Assembly: GCA_030620065.1 (NCBI GenBank)
Contig: JAUXFJ010000001.1
Location: 1-26,050 of the forward strand
Direction: 5' to 3'
From: Anaerolineaceae bacterium
Lineage (GTDB): Bacteria > Chloroflexota > Anaerolineae > Anaerolineales > Anaerolineaceae
Length of the DNA stretch: 26,050 nt
The notes beneath the pieces are model-generated. The model did not search any database, was not told the origin of the DNA, and worked only from the letters and a program-made list of their open reading frames with translations. Shown piece after piece: positions 25,125 through 26,050 of this stretch. Every line of letters begins with the position of its first letter. Position 1 is the first letter of the stretch. Position numbers and translations under genes: made by a program.

Positions 25125-25334
25125 ATGCCTTTATATGAATATGTCTGTTCAGACTGCGGGTCAGAATTCGAAAAACTAGTCAGCTTTTCTGATACCAACA
25201 TTAATTCCCCCGAATGCCCTGAGTGCAGCTCCAAAAACACAAAAAAACGTCTTTCGGTGATCGCCTCACTGGGCTCATCCTCAAATCAGAATGCTTCAAG
25301 CGCTTCCTGCGGCAGCTCCGGCGGGTTTAGCTGA
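25125..25334 (+). CDS. FmdB-family zinc-ribbon protein (CxxC-x19-CxxC); may extend to 25343 if the UGA encodes Sec
   Basis: MPLYEYVCSDCG.EFEKL...ECPECSS..TKKRLS, followed by a Ser/Gly-rich tail ending SCGSSGGFS. Confidence 0.9.
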   Translation: MPLYEYVCSDCGSEFEKLVSFSDTNINSPECPECSSKNTKKRLSVIASLGSSSNQNASSASCGSSGGFS

Positions 25335-25350
25335 GCAGGCTGACTCAATG

Positions 25351-25367
25351 CTGAACCGGGTGTTCAG
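25351..25367 (+). other. 17-nt hairpin, candidate bacterial SECIS element
   Basis: CTGAAC-CGGGT-GTTCAG, starting 16 nt after the UGA at 25332-25334. Confidence 0.45.
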
Positions 25368-25369
25368 AG

Positions 25370-25669
25370 ATGATTGGTGAAATAATGCAAATTAACGATC
25401 CAAAGGTTAAATCTAAAATCAAAAGCCGTCTGGCACGCATCGAAGGCCAACTACGCGGTATTCAAAAGATGATCGATGAGGAGCGAGACTGTCGTGAGAT
25501 CATGCAACAATTGATCGCCGTGCGTTCAGCTATACATGCGTCCAGTCTTACATTTATGCGTGAGGTAGCCAGTGATTGCATGCTTAATTTAGAAGATCAA
25601 AACGATCCACAATCGTGGCAAGCCACACTGAATGAAATTATCGATCTACTAGGTAAAGTCTCTGCTTAG
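25370..25669 (+). CDS. CsoR/RcnR (DUF156) family repressor with a CstR-like C-x-C fingerprint
   Basis: RLARIEGQLRGIQKMI.EERDCREIMQQLIAVRSAI...VASDC. The start could instead be ATG 25385 (GGTGA upstream). Confidence 0.92.
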   Translation: MIGEIMQINDPKVKSKIKSRLARIEGQLRGIQKMIDEERDCREIMQQLIAVRSAIHASSLTFMREVASDCMLNLEDQNDPQSWQATLNEIIDLLGKVSA

Positions 25670-25694
25670 AATCAAAGCAGAATATGGAGAATTC

Positions 25695-26050
25695 ATGGCA
25701 AATAACACAACTTTAAGATGGCTCCCAAATGGTAAACGTTTTATTTCCACCGATTCAACCGGCCATTCGGTCGTATTATCCACACCTGATGAAAATACGG
25801 GTATGAAAGCCTCCGAGCTGATCCTCTCCGCTCTGGCAGCTTGCACTTCTGTAGATGTAATCGAGATCCTGCAGAAAAAACGCACCCCGCTAACACATCT
25901 CGAAGTCAATGTCACTGCCGAACAAGATCAAGACCCACCCTGGGCTTTTCGCAAGATCCACCTGAACTATATATTGAAAGGTGAAGGCTTGAACGAAAAG
26001 AATGTTGCACAGGCAATTGAACTCTCCCAGCAGAAATATTGCTCCGTGGC
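25695..26050 (+). CDS. OsmC/Ohr-family protein (YhfA-like), 3' end truncated by the window edge
   Basis: Not in the ORF track. Manual translation gives MANNTTLRWLPNGKRFISTDSTGHSVVLSTPDENTGMKASELILSALAACTSVDVIEILQKKR...AQAIELSQQKYCSV. Both family cysteines are present (AACT and KYCSV). GGAGA SD upstream. Confidence 0.93.
   Translation, partial: MANNTTLRWLPNGKRFISTDSTGHSVVLSTPDENTGMKASELILSALAACTSVDVIEILQKKRTPLTHLEVNVTAEQDQDPPWAFRKIHLNYILKGEGLNEKNVAQAIELSQQKYCSV

Noticed and set aside
25776-25784. Perfect DnaA box TTATCCACA (also an 8/9 match near 1929 in dnaB)
   Set aside because: These are isolated boxes inside coding sequence, with no cluster or AT-rich unwinding element, so they are compatible with chance.
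1-26050. CRISPR arrays, tRNA/rRNA genes, IS elements, inteins, defence or toxin-antitoxin systems
   Set aside because: No repeat-spacer arrays, tRNA arm motifs, transposase or intein signatures, or such gene families were seen on either strand.

Overview
A 26-kb chromosomal housekeeping region of about mid-40s % GC (estimated by eye). The gene set and protein styles suggest an anaerobic Chloroflexota (Anaerolineae-like) genome; this is an inference. From left to right: (i) a minus-strand replication cluster of bifunctional nuclease (DUF151/BFN), dnaB, a DnaD-domain protein and a DnaC/IstB-like helicase loader cut off by the window edge; (ii) an orphan OmpR-family regulator with a degenerate receiver domain; (iii) a Na+-translocating decarboxylase operon in mmdA-D-C-B order; (iv) a large membrane protein with a dead PP2C-like domain and a beta-propeller-like C-terminus, a GNAT protein and a class I methyltransferase; (v) the CIRCE-controlled operon hrcA-grpE-dnaK-dnaJ-prmA; (vi) kamA, a small Cys-motif membrane protein and pheST; (vii) a three-gene module of an FmdB-type zinc-ribbon protein, a CsoR/CstR-like repressor and an OsmC-family protein, behind a consensus promoter buried in a 44-bp inverted repeat. 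No mobile element, CRISPR array, rRNA or tRNA was seen. The most interesting candidate is the last module. The zinc-ribbon ORF ends in a UGA followed by two sense codons, a second stop and a 17-nt SECIS-like hairpin, so it may be a C-terminal selenoprotein within a thiol/persulfide-sensing regulon. Other leads are an unannotated structured-RNA candidate upstream of that module, a second degenerate CIRCE, two catalytically dead signalling proteins, a 74-nt dnaD/dnaC dual-coding overlap and a Lys-to-Glu change in the DnaB K-x-R motif.
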